From: an uncultured delta proteobacterium
Lineage (GTDB): Bacteria; Desulfobacterota; RBG-13-43-22
Length of the DNA: 64,000 nucleotides
Reading direction: 5' to 3'
Assembly (NCBI GenBank): GCA_963790475.1
Contig: CAWBOS010000010.1
Coordinates: forward strand, 512,001 to 576,000
In this document: positions 51,530 to 61,906 of the stretch, piece after piece
How positions within the stretch are numbered: position 1 is the first letter of the stretch
Layout: the number at the start of each line of letters is the position of its first letter
The notes under the pieces: generated by a model
Told to the model about the DNA's origin: nothing
The model's database searches: none
The model's input: only the letters and a program-made list of their open reading frames with translations
Position numbers and translations under genes: made by a program

Positions 51530-51725
51530 TCACCCCCATCCTAACCCTCCCGCCTTGGAGGCTGTGTCACAATTGTATTTATGTCATTCCGTGCAAGCGA
51601 AGCGAGACACGGAATCCAGTATTTCCAATAAGTTCTGGATACCGGCTTTCGCCGGTATGACGCCTTTGATGGCACTTCCAGTAATTGCGACACAATCTCT
51701 TGCGGGGGGAGGGGAGGGAGAGGGG
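51530..51725. mobile_element. Nested repeat: REP double hairpin inside a MITE (TIRs 51558-51574 / 51683-51699, TTG duplication) inside a C-rich/G-rich palindrome
   Basis: TTG|GAGGCTGTGTCACAATT...AATTGCGACACAATCTC|TTG. Confidence 0.65.
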
Positions 51726-51837
51726 AAAGAAAAATTAATACTTCTGTATAAGTTTTTTAGGGTTCAAAGACCGGCCTTAAGAAGAAGGATACTATTCTCC
51801 TCCCAATCGACTCCAATTGTTTCGTGTTAGCCCCGAG

Positions 51838-52365
51838 CTATTTGGATTTTGAAAGATACTCATCAATTTCATCTTTATGTAATTGGACATACCGACAGCT
51901 TGGCTCTTCTCCACAGGTTCGACAGGCCTTGTCATAGGCGGAATTGATGGTTTGGCACTTAGGGCAGGAGTAATGCTCGATCATTTCGTCGAACCAGGCC
52001 GAGAATCCGTTTTCGGCAATCTGTTCCTGCGATTCCCAGAGTTCAATCCGGTGAGGGCGTTCGGCCTGAAATTTTCTTAATTCTTCACAGGGATATTCAT
52101 CACATTCCCCGCAAAATTCGATGCCTTTATCGGCCGCGCAGGCCACCATCCGGCAATTATTCTTACAATAATAGCTTCGTTTGTCCGAACGGCAACCTTC
52201 ACATTCCCAGGCTTCTACCGGCATCTGAAATCTTTCAGCAATGGCCTTGAGACGTCGAGGATCTTCTTTGGTGCCGATAAAGAGGGTGCAGGAAGGGCAA
52301 AATAAACCGCATACGGCGGACAGTTTCTTTTTTTCCTGAACATCTTTGGGGATATCCATTTCCAT
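51838..52365 (-). CDS. DUF3795 Cys-rich protein
   Basis: AVCGLFCPSC, CEGCRS, C.M..C...KG..FCGEC.EYPC, CPKC..C..CG. Confidence 0.85.
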   Translation of the reverse strand: MEMDIPKDVQEKKKLSAVCGLFCPSCTLFIGTKEDPRRLKAIAERFQMPVEAWECEGCRSDKRSYYCKNNCRMVACAADKGIEFCGECDEYPCEELRKFQAERPHRIELWESQEQIAENGFSAWFDEMIEHYSCPKCQTINSAYDKACRTCGEEPSCRYVQLHKDEIDEYLSKSK

Positions 52366-52482
52366 CCTCTTTCTTTTTTATTCTCAATTCTTTTTATTCT
52401 GAATCATGATAGACACGAATCAATAACGCTCTATAGTTCGTCCTTTGAGTGCTTGTCTAAAATTATTTTCGAATCCTGCCAA

Positions 52483-52668
52483 ATTTGATGGCTTCAGAAA
52501 ATGTCGCCAAAATCCCATATTCGTCATTCCAGTCTCGCATCAACTGCGGGATAGACTCCAGATGGAATCCAGTATTTTTATGCCGTTAAGAATTCCCTGG
52601 ACCCCGGCGCCTGCCCCGGACCCGATCCGGGGTTCGCCGGGGAGACGACTTTTTACAAGTCCATCAAA
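52483..52668. repeat. Expanded REP-like double hairpin inside a TTTGATGG / CCATCAAA MITE-like frame
   Basis: GTCATTCC..GGAATCCAG ... CTGGACCCCGG..CCGGGGAGAC, flanked by GATGGCTTCAGAAAATGTC / GACTTTTTACAAGTCCATC. Confidence 0.7.
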
Positions 52669-52683
52669 TTTAGAAAAAGGTAA

Positions 52684-53499
52684 TTATTTTGGTACAAAAA
52701 CCGGTTTTCTCTTTTCTGAAAAGGCCTCCAAACCTTCCTTCCCTTCAGGATGGGCGGCACACAGACCGAGGCCTCTTCGTTCGCGCTCTATTTGGGTCTC
52801 AAAAGAGGTGTTAAAGGAGTCGGTGAGAAGCCTTTTGGACCATCCAAAGGAATGAGATGAACCTTTAAGGAGCTCGCGGGCCATGATGGTCGCCTCTCCA
52901 AGGGTATTTTCATCTTTGGCGATTTTTGTTATCAATCCCCAGGACAGGGCTTGTTCAGAGGAGATCGGCTGGTCAAAGGCCATAATCTCCAGGGCCCGGG
53001 CCAATCCGACCAAACGGGGCAGGATAAAAGATCCCCCGCCATCGATACACAGGCCATTGGAGGTATAGGCCTGTCGCAGAACGGCGGATTTGGCCATCAC
53101 TCTAAAATCACAGGCCAGAGCCAATGAGAAACCTCCCCCGGCGGCAACGCCGTTGATGGCGGCTATGACCGGTTTTGACATTCGACGAATTTCCAAAATG
53201 GCCTGATGAAACCGGGCGGCCAGTTCGTGGAAAGCGGCCGGAGGTCCCTGGGGAATGGAGAGTACCCATTTCAGGTCGCCCCCGGCACAGAAGGCCTTTC
53301 CTTCTCCGGAAAGGATGATTGCTCGAACATCCTTCTCGGCCGACAGGGTGATGAGATGACCGGCAAGACTCTCGACCATCTCCAGGTTGAAAGCGTTGAA
53401 AGTCTCCGGCCGGTTCAGGAGGATTGACGCAATTCCGTTGGTTCTGGTGACGGTGATAAATTCTTTCATGCTTTTCCTCTCCATTTCTTCTCCTCTCAT
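52684..53499 (-). CDS. Enoyl-CoA hydratase/isomerase (PaaG-like)
   Basis: LNRPETFNA, AFCAGGDL, AINGVAAGGG, DGGGS..LPRLVG. Confidence 0.9.
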   Translation of the reverse strand: MRGEEMERKSMKEFITVTRTNGIASILLNRPETFNAFNLEMVESLAGHLITLSAEKDVRAIILSGEGKAFCAGGDLKWVLSIPQGPPAAFHELAARFHQAILEIRRMSKPVIAAINGVAAGGGFSLALACDFRVMAKSAVLRQAYTSNGLCIDGGGSFILPRLVGLARALEIMAFDQPISSEQALSWGLITKIAKDENTLGEATIMARELLKGSSHSFGWSKRLLTDSFNTSFETQIERERRGLGLCAAHPEGKEGLEAFSEKRKPVFVPK

Positions 53500-54273
53500 T
53501 GTTTTTCTGCCATGACAACGAATTCTTTATTGGTCTTCAGGTCGGGATGCAGGGGATCCTGGCGTTGTAAATCAAAGTGATCTATCAAAACCGGGGCTGA
53601 GAACCCGGAGTCAATCAACAGTCGATAGATATCAGCCGGGGTCACATAACGACGAACGGTGGAAATGGTCTCCTGACGGCCTGAAGGGTAAGTGAAGGCT
53701 TGTATCCGTTCTTCGAGATGCTCGTCCCGCATACGGCGGAAATCCTGCAATAAGATCATTTCTCCACCCACTTGGATATTGCCCTTTATCTATCCATTTC
53801 CCGTTGGTTTCCGGATGGGACAGGGTGTGGGGATAGAATAAATGCAAGACAATGAGCGAGCCCGGCAGTAAACTTTCATCCACATGACCCAGGAAAGCCT
53901 TCTGATGTTCCGGGGTAAGAAGATAGTTAAAGGTATAGAAGGTGACCAGGGCCAAACCGTAGGTCTGGGGTAAGGCTTGGTCTACAAAATTGTGATTTAA
54001 TAAAATGCATCTCTCCTGTAAGTGATTTTTGATCAGCTTATTTTCAGCCAATCGCAGCATTTGTTCAGAGATGTCCACACCTGTGACCACATGGCCGGTT
54101 TGTAACAACGGCAAGAGAACTCTACCGGTACCGCAGCCGATTTCTAAAATCGGGGATTGCGTTTTTGAAGCCAAGGCGGAATAAAGAGGGAGGTCCAGAT
54201 TATAGTCCCCGACATAGGCATCATAGAATTTGGCAAAAAGGGAATAAGTGCTCTGAGTAGTCATATTGTTCAA
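53496..54273 (-). pseudogene. Class I SAM-dependent methyltransferase split by a +1 frameshift at about 53775
   Basis: LEIGCGTGR, GVDISEQML; the C-terminus continues in another frame (GGEMILLQD..RRY). Confidence 0.8.
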
Positions 54274-54332
54274 AATTTAAGGATTCATATCCGACTACAA
54301 GTGTAGTGTATCCGTAATCACTTTAGAGTCTT

Positions 54333-54397
54333 GTCATTCCGGACTTGATCCGGAATCCAGTCTTTCAACCCTGGATTCCCGCTTTCGCGGGAATCAC
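54333..54397. repeat. REP/dRS3-like double-hairpin palindrome
   Basis: GTCATTCCGGacttgatCCGGAATCCAG ... CTGGATTCCCGctttcgCGGGAATCAC. Confidence 0.85.
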
Positions 54398-54561
54398 GGG
54401 ATAGGGACATTGTAAAGGAAACATAGAAACACGACACTAGTTGTGGAACCAATTATATTTTAAACAGAATAACATAAATATCCCAAAGAGAATTAAAATT
54501 TGTTCTTCGATCTGGTCAGATTATACAACACTTTTTATTAACATACTGATCATTTTTTTTA

Positions 54562-54591
54562 TTGACTCTAATAAGCTGTTTAAGATACTAT
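54562..54591 (+). promoter_or_regulatory. Putative sigma70 promoter of the cob leader
   Basis: TTGACT-18 nt-TACTAT immediately before the riboswitch. Confidence 0.5.
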
Positions 54592-54598
54592 TTTAAAT

Positions 54599-54759
54599 AT
54601 AAAGGTACCAAGACCGGTTTAAAAGGGAAGACGGTTTAAGGCCGTCACGGTCCCGCCGCTGTGTCCGGGGACGAAATCCACAAGAGCCACTGTCCGTTTA
54701 AGGCGGACGGGAAGGCGTGGAAAATAGGATGATCCGGAAGTCAGAAGACCTGCCTTTAT
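54599..54759 (+). ncRNA. Cobalamin riboswitch
   Basis: AAAAGGGAAGACGGT..CCGTCACGGTCCCGCCGCTGT..GCCACTG..GGGAAGGC..AGTCAGAAGACCTGCC; hairpin GAATCCCC/GGGGATTC follows. Confidence 0.93.
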
Positions 54760-54864
54760 GGATGAATCCCCAAAAGCGTTGGACACGGGGGGATTCGACT
54801 TAATGGATCAAGAAAGCTGGGTGCCATCCTTAAGTTCACTAATTGGACTTAAGGATTTTTTATT

Positions 54865-55417
54865 TTGGACCAGAAGATAAACCAACAAGCCCGCCTGACT
54901 CTCATTACCGGACCGGCAAGAAGTGGTAAAACCCGGTTGGCCGTCCAGTGGGCCGCCACCTTTCCCATGCCTCGGGCCTATATCGCCACGGCCCAAAATC
55001 GAGACGACGAAATGTCCGAACGAATACGCCGACACCAGGAAGAAAGAGGTTCGGCCTTCCAGACGGTTGAGGAGCCTTTGGCCTTAGGCGATGGGCTGCA
55101 AAAAATAATGGCGACCTGTTCTGTTGTCATCGTAGATTGTCTGACTTTATGGGTCAGCAATTTACTGGGGGCCATGGAAGAAGAAGGGTCCGGGAATTCA
55201 GGAAAAGTTGGACGACCTTTTAACAATCCTGAAGCGTATTGAAACCCCGGTGATCCTGATCGGCAATGAAGTGGGCTGGGGGATCGTTCCGGAAAATCCC
55301 TTGGCCCGGACCTTCCGGGATATCAGCGGCAGGCTTCATCAGGAGATCGCCCAGATCGCCGACCAGGTCATTTTGATGGTGGCCGGAATCCCTTTGGTCG
55401 TTAAAGGAAAAAAATGA
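54865..55417 (+). pseudogene. cobU: Adenosylcobinamide kinase/guanylyltransferase, +1 frameshift at about 55187
   Basis: GPARSGKT, YIATA, RIRRHQ, DCLTLW; NEVGWGIVP..FRD..G..VAGIP in the next frame. Confidence 0.85.
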
Positions 55418-55469
55418 TGAAATTTGGGGACCCCGGTAATTTTGATCTTTCTTTAACGAGAGGGAATTA

Positions 55470-56219
55470 ATGAACTCCTTTTTATTGGCCCTCCGATTTT
55501 TAACTGTCATTCCTTTGGGACAGAGCCGGGAAATCAATTCCGATTCTGTGGCTGCCGCCGGAAAATATTATCCCCTGGTGGGCCTGGTACTCGGGGGACT
55601 CTTCTGGATTTTTTTTTATGGAGTCAATTTTCTTTTCCCCATTTCGATTTCCACAGGATTGTTGGTTATCTTTTGGGTGATTCTGACCGGGGCCCTGCAT
55701 CTGGACGGCCTGGCCGACTGTCTGGACGCCCTTTACGGCGGGGCCAATCGGGAAGAACGCCTGAGCATTATGAAAGATGTTCATTTGGGAACCATGGGGG
55801 TCGTCGGCTTGATCCTGATTTTGGGGATCAAATATCTGTTTTTAAGAGAAATCCTGTCCTTTCCGTCCCTGTGGATGTGGATCATCCTGATACCGGCTGT
55901 CAGCCGCTGGACCCCGATTTTACTGGCCTTCCTGTTTCGGTATGCGCGCTCGGGAGGGGGGCTGGGTCAGGCCCTGGTCACCGGGACGGGGAAAAAGGAA
56001 ATCTTCTGGGCCACCCTTTTGGCCTGGGTCCCAGTCTTGGCCCTATCCGGATTTTTTGGTTTGGGTTTGATACTGGTCATTATGGTTTGGAGTTTGTTAT
56101 GCGGCTGGTATTTTCATAAGAAGGTGGGGGGGATCACCGGGGATATCCTGGGAGCGGTCATAGAAACCAGTGAAGTCTGGGCCATGCTCTATATTGTAGG
56201 GATTCTAAGTTATGCCTGA
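55470..56219 (+). CDS. cobS: Adenosylcobinamide-GDP ribazoletransferase
   Basis: FLTVIP, TGALHLDGLADC.D, IMKD..G.MG, GGITGDILGA. Confidence 0.95.
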   Translation: MNSFLLALRFLTVIPLGQSREINSDSVAAAGKYYPLVGLVLGGLFWIFFYGVNFLFPISISTGLLVIFWVILTGALHLDGLADCLDALYGGANREERLSIMKDVHLGTMGVVGLILILGIKYLFLREILSFPSLWMWIILIPAVSRWTPILLAFLFRYARSGGGLGQALVTGTGKKEIFWATLLAWVPVLALSGFFGLGLILVIMVWSLLCGWYFHKKVGGITGDILGAVIETSEVWAMLYIVGILSYA

Positions 56220-56841
56220 TTTAAAAAAACCGACTCGTCTTTTTCTGGTCCGGCATGGTGAGGTGGTCCAGCAGGGTCAAGGTAAATTTTTAGGCTTTAC
56301 CGATCTGGACTTGAGCCCGCGAGGGAAAGAGCAGGTTATGGGTCTGGCGGAATATCTTAAGGGTGTTCCTTTGGATCAGGCCTATGCCAGCGATCTGAAA
56401 CGGGCCATGGATTCGGCCCGGATTATCTGCCAGGGCCGGGAAATCGAACCCCTCTCCTGTCCGGCCTTACGGGAGATGGATATGGGGGACTGGGATGGAA
56501 AGTCCTGGGAGGAGATCAAGGAAGAGAATCCGAAAATAAAACCATTGATATTCTATGACTTGAAAAATTTTCATTTCCCGGGAGGAGAAAGCTGGCACCA
56601 TTTTCGTAGCCGGGTGTTGAGCGGTCTGAAAATCCTGCTCAAAGAAGGGGCGGGAAAGAATATTCTGCTGGTGGCCCATGCCGGAGTCAACCGGATAATC
56701 CTGGCCCGGGCCCTGGGAATGGAATTTAAAAATATGTTTTTTATGGACCAGGGGTATGCCTGCCTGAATATTATTGAAAATTACGGGAAGGTCTCCAAGG
56801 TCATTTTGATGAATGGGATCTTTTATAAGCCAAAGGATTAA
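56212..56841 (+). CDS. cobC: Alpha-ribazole phosphatase (histidine phosphatase)
   Basis: LVRHGE, SDL.RA, LREMDMGDWDG, PGGES, VAHAGV; lies in the cob operon. Confidence 0.85.
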   Translation: MPDLKKPTRLFLVRHGEVVQQGQGKFLGFTDLDLSPRGKEQVMGLAEYLKGVPLDQAYASDLKRAMDSARIICQGREIEPLSCPALREMDMGDWDGKSWEEIKEENPKIKPLIFYDLKNFHFPGGESWHHFRSRVLSGLKILLKEGAGKNILLVAHAGVNRIILARALGMEFKNMFFMDQGYACLNIIENYGKVSKVILMNGIFYKPKD

Positions 56842-56871
56842 GATCCAAGGTGCAGGGTAAAGGGATTTAGA

Positions 56872-59448
56872 ATGATTGATTACGGACACGGCGGGAATAT
56901 ACAAGAATTGGCCAAGACCGCCGGACTGGATGGCCAAGACCTGCTGGATTTTTCGGCCAACATAAATCCCTTGGGACCGCCTCAATGGCTGCGTCCCTTG
57001 ATAAATTCTCAAATAGATTCCCTGGTCCATTATCCTGACCCGGCCTGCTCTCAACTTACTTCGGCCATTGCCGAACATTATCGGGTAAAAGAGGAGGAAG
57101 TCCTGGTAGGCAATGGGTCGACGGAATTGATCTATCAAATTCCCCGTGCCTTGGGATGTCCATCGGCTTTGATCCCTGTCCCATCTTACCGGGATTATGT
57201 CCAGGCTGTGGAACAAGCAGGTTCAATAGTAGAAAAGATTTTTTTAAAAGAAGAGGACGAGTTTCGCCCGGATCTTACCTTGCTGGAAAGGCGACTCAAA
57301 GGGCATTATCTGGTTATATTAGGTCAACCCAATAACCCCACGGGAATGACCTTTGAGGCTGAGGCCTTGCGCCGGATGGCCCACGGGCATCCCTCCTCCC
57401 TGTTTATGATTGATGAGGCCTTTGCTGATTTTATCGGGGGCCTGGACAGCTTAATCAGGGATCGTCCCTCTAATATGATTGTCCTCAGGTCCTTTACCAA
57501 ATTTTTTGCCATCCCCGGGTTAAGATTAGGGTGGGCCTTGGCCGATCCTGAAATAGCCCGGAAGGTGCGGGCCATCTTGCCGCCCTGGTCAGTCAATACC
57601 CTGGCCCAAAAAGTGGGCCAGGAGGTCTTAAACGACCAGACTTACGCGGACCAAACCAGGGTCGTCGTAAAAAAATTGCGGGAGGACCTTCGGCTGAATC
57701 TCCAAGACCTCTCAGGACTGAAGGTCTATCCCGGAGAGTCCAATTTCCTGCTCATTCAAATCGACCTAAATAATTTGACCGCGCCCCAATTGGCCTCGCA
57801 GCTTCTTGCACAAGGAATTGCCATCCGGGTTTGTGAAAATTTTGAAGGATTGGATAACCGGTTTTTCCGGGTTGCGGTCAGGACCTCGGATGAAAATGAA
57901 CGACTTGTTCATGCCCTTTCCCTGATCCTGTCCGGCAAACCAAGAACCCGGAAGCCCAAGAAAAAAACCCCGGCCCTCATGTTCCAGGGGACCAGTTCGA
58001 ATGCCGGAAAAAGTATCCTGACCACTGCTTTGTGCCGAATTTTTCTTCAGGACGGTTACCGGGTAGCGCCTTTTAAATCCCAAAATATGTCCTTGAATTC
58101 TTTTGTCACCCGGCTGGGGGGTGAAATGGGGCGGGCCCAGGTGGTTCAAGCGCAGGCCTGTCGTTTGGAGCCGGATGTGCGAATGAACCCCATCCTGCTT
58201 AAACCCAATAAGGACACCGGTTCCCAGGTGATTGTGTTAGGGCAGCCGGTCGGCAATATGGACGTGGCCCAGTACATTGACTATAAGACCGAAGCTTTTC
58301 AAAGGGCCCGGGAGGCTTACGACGATCTGGCCGAAGAATACGAGATTATAGTTTTGGAAGGGGCCGGCAGTCCGGCCGAGGTCAATTTAAAACACCACGA
58401 TATCGTCAATATGAGGATGGCCGAATTTGCCTGGGCCCCGGTACTGTTAGTGGGGGATATCGACCGGGGCGGGGTTTTCGCCTCCTTTTTAGGCACCTGG
58501 GAAATAATGGCCCCCTGGGAACGGAAGCTTTTGGCCGGTTTTGTCATCAATCGATTTCGCGGGGAAGCCTCTCTACTCGACCCGGCCATTCAATTTATCA
58601 GGGCCTGTACGGACCGTCCGGTATGGGGGGTGGTCCCCCATATCCCGGACCTGGGTTTGCCGGAAGAAGATTCGGTCAGTTTCAAAGACGGCCTTTTTGA
58701 TGCCCAGGATCCCAAAGAGAAAGGGATTGAGATTGCCGTTATCGACCTGCCCCACATCTCGAATTTTACCGATTTCGATTCCTTCCGTATTGAACCGGAT
58801 GTGCATTTAAGGATCGTTCGCTCGGCCGAAGACCTGGATCATCCGGATGCCCTGATCCTGCCGGGCAGCAAAAATACTTTAGGGGATTTGTTGTACCTGA
58901 GAAGGTGTGGATTGGACCGGAAGATTGCCGAACTGGCTGAGGAAGGCCGGACAGAGATCATCGGGGTCTGTGGCGGTTTCCAGATTTTAGGACAGGAAAT
59001 CGCCGATCCGCACAGAATTGAATCAGAGGGACAAAGCCTTTCCGGTCTGGGATTGATGCCGATCAAAACCGTCATGGCCAGAGAAAAAACCCTGACTCGC
59101 GTTGCCGCCAATCATTTGATCTCCGGTCTGGAGTTGTTCGGCTATGAGATCCACCATGGCCTGACCGAAGGCCAGGGTCTCAGCCCGATCATCCGTCGGG
59201 CCGACGGAGAGATGATCGGTCTGGAGTCGCCCGGCCACCAGATTTGGGGGACTTACCTGCATGGCCTTTTTGATGCCGATCCTTTTCGACGTTGGTTTAT
59301 CGACCGCCTCCGGGAGCGCCGCGGCTTGTCTGCGAAGGGGCAAATTGTAGCCCGCTACAACCTGGAGCCGGCTATAGATCGGCTGGCCGAGATTGTCCGG
59401 AACAGCCTCAATATGAATGCAATTTATCGTTTGTTGGGTTTTAACTAA
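56872..59448 (+). CDS. cobQ: Fused threonine-phosphate decarboxylase (CobD) and cobyric acid synthase (CobQ/CbiP)
   Basis: [35 protein letters not shown]; then [43 protein letters not shown]. Confidence 0.93.
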   Translation: MIDYGHGGNIQELAKTAGLDGQDLLDFSANINPLGPPQWLRPLINSQIDSLVHYPDPACSQLTSAIAEHYRVKEEEVLVGNGSTELIYQIPRALGCPSALIPVPSYRDYVQAVEQAGSIVEKIFLKEEDEFRPDLTLLERRLKGHYLVILGQPNNPTGMTFEAEALRRMAHGHPSSLFMIDEAFADFIGGLDSLIRDRPSNMIVLRSFTKFFAIPGLRLGWALADPEIARKVRAILPPWSVNTLAQKVGQEVLNDQTYADQTRVVVKKLREDLRLNLQDLSGLKVYPGESNFLLIQIDLNNLTAPQLASQLLAQGIAIRVCENFEGLDNRFFRVAVRTSDENERLVHALSLILSGKPRTRKPKKKTPALMFQGTSSNAGKSILTTALCRIFLQDGYRVAPFKSQNMSLNSFVTRLGGEMGRAQVVQAQACRLEPDVRMNPILLKPNKDTGSQVIVLGQPVGNMDVAQYIDYKTEAFQRAREAYDDLAEEYEIIVLEGAGSPAEVNLKHHDIVNMRMAEFAWAPVLLVGDIDRGGVFASFLGTWEIMAPWERKLLAGFVINRFRGEASLLDPAIQFIRACTDRPVWGVVPHIPDLGLPEEDSVSFKDGLFDAQDPKEKGIEIAVIDLPHISNFTDFDSFRIEPDVHLRIVRSAEDLDHPDALILPGSKNTLGDLLYLRRCGLDRKIAELAEEGRTEIIGVCGGFQILGQEIADPHRIESEGQSLSGLGLMPIKTVMAREKTLTRVAANHLISGLELFGYEIHHGLTEGQGLSPIIRRADGEMIGLESPGHQIWGTYLHGLFDADPFRRWFIDRLRERRGLSAKGQIVARYNLEPAIDRLAEIVRNSLNMNAIYRLLGFN

Positions 59449-59638
59449 AGTGGCTTCAAAAGAAATCAATTAGAGAACATCAAGAGACGGCAGAAAGGGC
59501 CTTGAACATGGCCCTGGATATCTTGAATTCCGGCCAATATGATCTGGTTATTCTCGACGAAATAGGCACGGTTACACAAATGAATTGTTTTAAACATGGA
59601 CTGCAACAGGGCTTTAAGGCCCAACGAGGGATAGAATA

Positions 59639-61030
59639 TTGATGACCCTTTTGCCAACGATGGTTATTGCCGGGACCAACAGCGGCGTCGGTAAGACCTC
59701 CGTGACTCTGGCCCTGGTGACGGCCCTGCGCAAAAAAGGCTTGAAGGTTCAGACCTTCAAGGTGGGACCGGATTTTCTGGATCCTTCTTATTTAAGGCAG
59801 GCTTCAGGAAGACCCTGTTACAATCTGGACGGCTGGATGAGCAGCCGGGCCTATGTGGAAGAACTTTTTCAACGGACCACCCGGGATGCGGACGTGGCGG
59901 TCATTGAAGGGGTTATGGGGCTCTTTGATGGAGCTGATCCGAAATCATCCGAAGGGAGCACGGCCGAGATCGCCCGTTGGCTGCAGGCACCGGTCTTCTT
60001 AATCGTCAACGCCCATGGTCAGGCCAGGAGCCTGGCCCCATTGGTTAAAGGGTTTAGTCAATTTGAATCCGGAGTGAAGATCGAAGGTGTGATCGCCAAC
60101 CAGTGCGGATCGGATCGGCATCGAGACTGGCTCAAGACCTCATTGGAGACATCCGGCTTGCCGCCCCTGTTGGGGGCTATCCCCCGTGGGGGTCTGCCAA
60201 CGTTACCCAGTCGTCATCTGGGACTGGTTACCGCCGATGCTCAAATTCTGTCTCCTTCGGTCCTGGACCATTTAGCTTCAGTTTTTGAACAACAGGTTTC
60301 GGTCGAGGCCTTGATCCAAAAGGCCCGAAGAAGCCCGGCCAGGAACTTACCGCAGGTAACTTCCTCCGAAGAAACCCCGAATAAAAAAGTTCGTTTGGGA
60401 TATGCCTGGGATGAAGCCTTTCATTTTTACTACCCGGATAACCTGGATAAGTTAAAGGCCGGAGGGGCGGAGTTGATCCCCTTTTCACCCCTGAGGGATA
60501 GCCGGTTGCCTCAAGGATTGGACGGTCTTTACTTTGGAGGAGGTTATCCCGAGGAATATGCGCAAGTCCTGTCCGAAAATCAGGCCCTCATGGATGACAT
60601 ACGGACCCTGGCCTCCTCGGGCCGGTCTATTTATGGTGAGTGTGGGGGCTTAATGTATCTATCCCAGGGGATCGAAACCCTGGACGGCGGGCGAAAGCCC
60701 TTGGTGGGTCTATTGCCGGTTTGGACCAAGATGTGCCGTCGCTTAAGAATCCTGGGTTATGTGGAGATCGGCCTTATGAAGGATTCCCTGTTCGGTCCTG
60801 AAGGGACGACCTTAAGGGGGCATGAATTTCATTATTCGGAGCTGATGGCCGACCCCTGCCAAGACCGTGAGTGGCAGGCCATTTACCAGGTTCGGCGACG
60901 CAGATCGGAAAACATTATTCAAGAGGGATTCCAAAAAGGCAACGTCTTAGCCGGTTATGCGCACCTGCACTGGGCCGGGCGACCAAAGGCTATAAAATCT
61001 TTTATTCGGCATCTGCAGGAAAGACTATGA
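59639..61030 (+). CDS. cbiA: Cobyrinate a,c-diamide synthase
   Basis: SGVGKT, FKVGPDFLDP, EGVMGLFDG, SRHLGL, GGGYPE, GECGG, GHEFHY. Confidence 0.94.
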   Translation: MMTLLPTMVIAGTNSGVGKTSVTLALVTALRKKGLKVQTFKVGPDFLDPSYLRQASGRPCYNLDGWMSSRAYVEELFQRTTRDADVAVIEGVMGLFDGADPKSSEGSTAEIARWLQAPVFLIVNAHGQARSLAPLVKGFSQFESGVKIEGVIANQCGSDRHRDWLKTSLETSGLPPLLGAIPRGGLPTLPSRHLGLVTADAQILSPSVLDHLASVFEQQVSVEALIQKARRSPARNLPQVTSSEETPNKKVRLGYAWDEAFHFYYPDNLDKLKAGGAELIPFSPLRDSRLPQGLDGLYFGGGYPEEYAQVLSENQALMDDIRTLASSGRSIYGECGGLMYLSQGIETLDGGRKPLVGLLPVWTKMCRRLRILGYVEIGLMKDSLFGPEGTTLRGHEFHYSELMADPCQDREWQAIYQVRRRRSENIIQEGFQKGNVLAGYAHLHWAGRPKAIKSFIRHLQERL

Positions 61031-61740
61031 AAAAGGGACCATCCAAATTCCAGGCCGGGAATCGTTCTTTGCCGGCTTTTATCCGTCAATTCTATGAAGC
61101 CCCCAAAACAGGTGAGGAGATTGAGGCCCTTTCCTTGTCTATTATTGATCAGGAAATTCCTTCGCCTTCCTTCAGTCCTGAGGAATGGGCGGTAGTTAGA
61201 AGGATGATTCATACCACGGCTGATTTGACCCTGGTTAATGCGGTCAGATTCAGTCCCAAGGCCATCCCGGTGGCTGTTGCCGCCCTGCAAAAGGGGAGTC
61301 CTATTTATTGCGACTCGAATATGATTCGCTCCGGTCTTTCCCTGGCCCGGCTGCGGGCGGTCTGTGATTCCTATTCGGAACAACTAATCCATTGTTATGT
61401 GGCCCATAAGGAGGTCGTCCAAGAGTCCCGTAAATCGGGATGGCCCCGGTCCATTTTTGGGATTCGTAAGGCCAAGCCTTATCTGGAGGGTGCCATCGCC
61501 GTTTTTGGAAATGCCCCGCTGGCCTTGCTGGAATTAAACCGGATGATCAAAGAAGAAAAGGTGCGGCCGGCCCTGGTCATTGCCATGCCGGTAGGTTTTG
61601 TCCATGTCGTCGAAAGCAAGGAGGAACTGATGTCCCTGGATATCCCTTACATAACCCTGGGGGGGCGTCGCGGCGGGAGTCCCCTGGCCGTCAGTGTCAT
61701 CCATGCCCTTTGTGCTTTGGCCGGTGCGAAAACCAAATAG
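61027..61740 (+). CDS. cbiC: Precorrin-8X methylmutase
   Basis: IE..S..II, RRMIHTTAD, GNAPLAL, MPVGFV..ESKE, GRRGGS; ATGA overlap with cbiA. Confidence 0.93.
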   Translation: MKKGPSKFQAGNRSLPAFIRQFYEAPKTGEEIEALSLSIIDQEIPSPSFSPEEWAVVRRMIHTTADLTLVNAVRFSPKAIPVAVAALQKGSPIYCDSNMIRSGLSLARLRAVCDSYSEQLIHCYVAHKEVVQESRKSGWPRSIFGIRKAKPYLEGAIAVFGNAPLALLELNRMIKEEKVRPALVIAMPVGFVHVVESKEELMSLDIPYITLGGRRGGSPLAVSVIHALCALAGAKTK

Positions 61741-61783
61741 GTCTTTTTATAAAGGATCTTAAAAATAGATTAAACATAAAGCA

Positions 61784-61860
61784 CTGGATTCCGGGTCAAG
61801 CCCGGAATGACTGAGGAAACTTCCCCCGTATGCGTCATCCCGGCGAAAGCCGGGATCCAG
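61784..61860. repeat. REP/dRS3-like pair in the opposite relative orientation
   Basis: CTGGATTCCGGgtcaagcCCGGAATGAC ... GTCATCCCGGcgaaagCCGGGATCCAG. Confidence 0.85.
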
Positions 61861-61906
61861 ATATTTATAATCGAGGTTGTTAAGATTTCGAGAGGAAATA
61901 ATTTTT

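Noticed and set aside
56467-57216. Long antisense ORFs such as 56467-57216, 50745-51539 and 35953-36627
   Set aside because: They are shadow frames opposite well-supported genes and have no motifs.
2549-61860. Palindromic repeats as a CRISPR array
   Set aside because: They are dispersed pairs, not regularly spaced direct repeats with unique spacers, and no cas genes are present.
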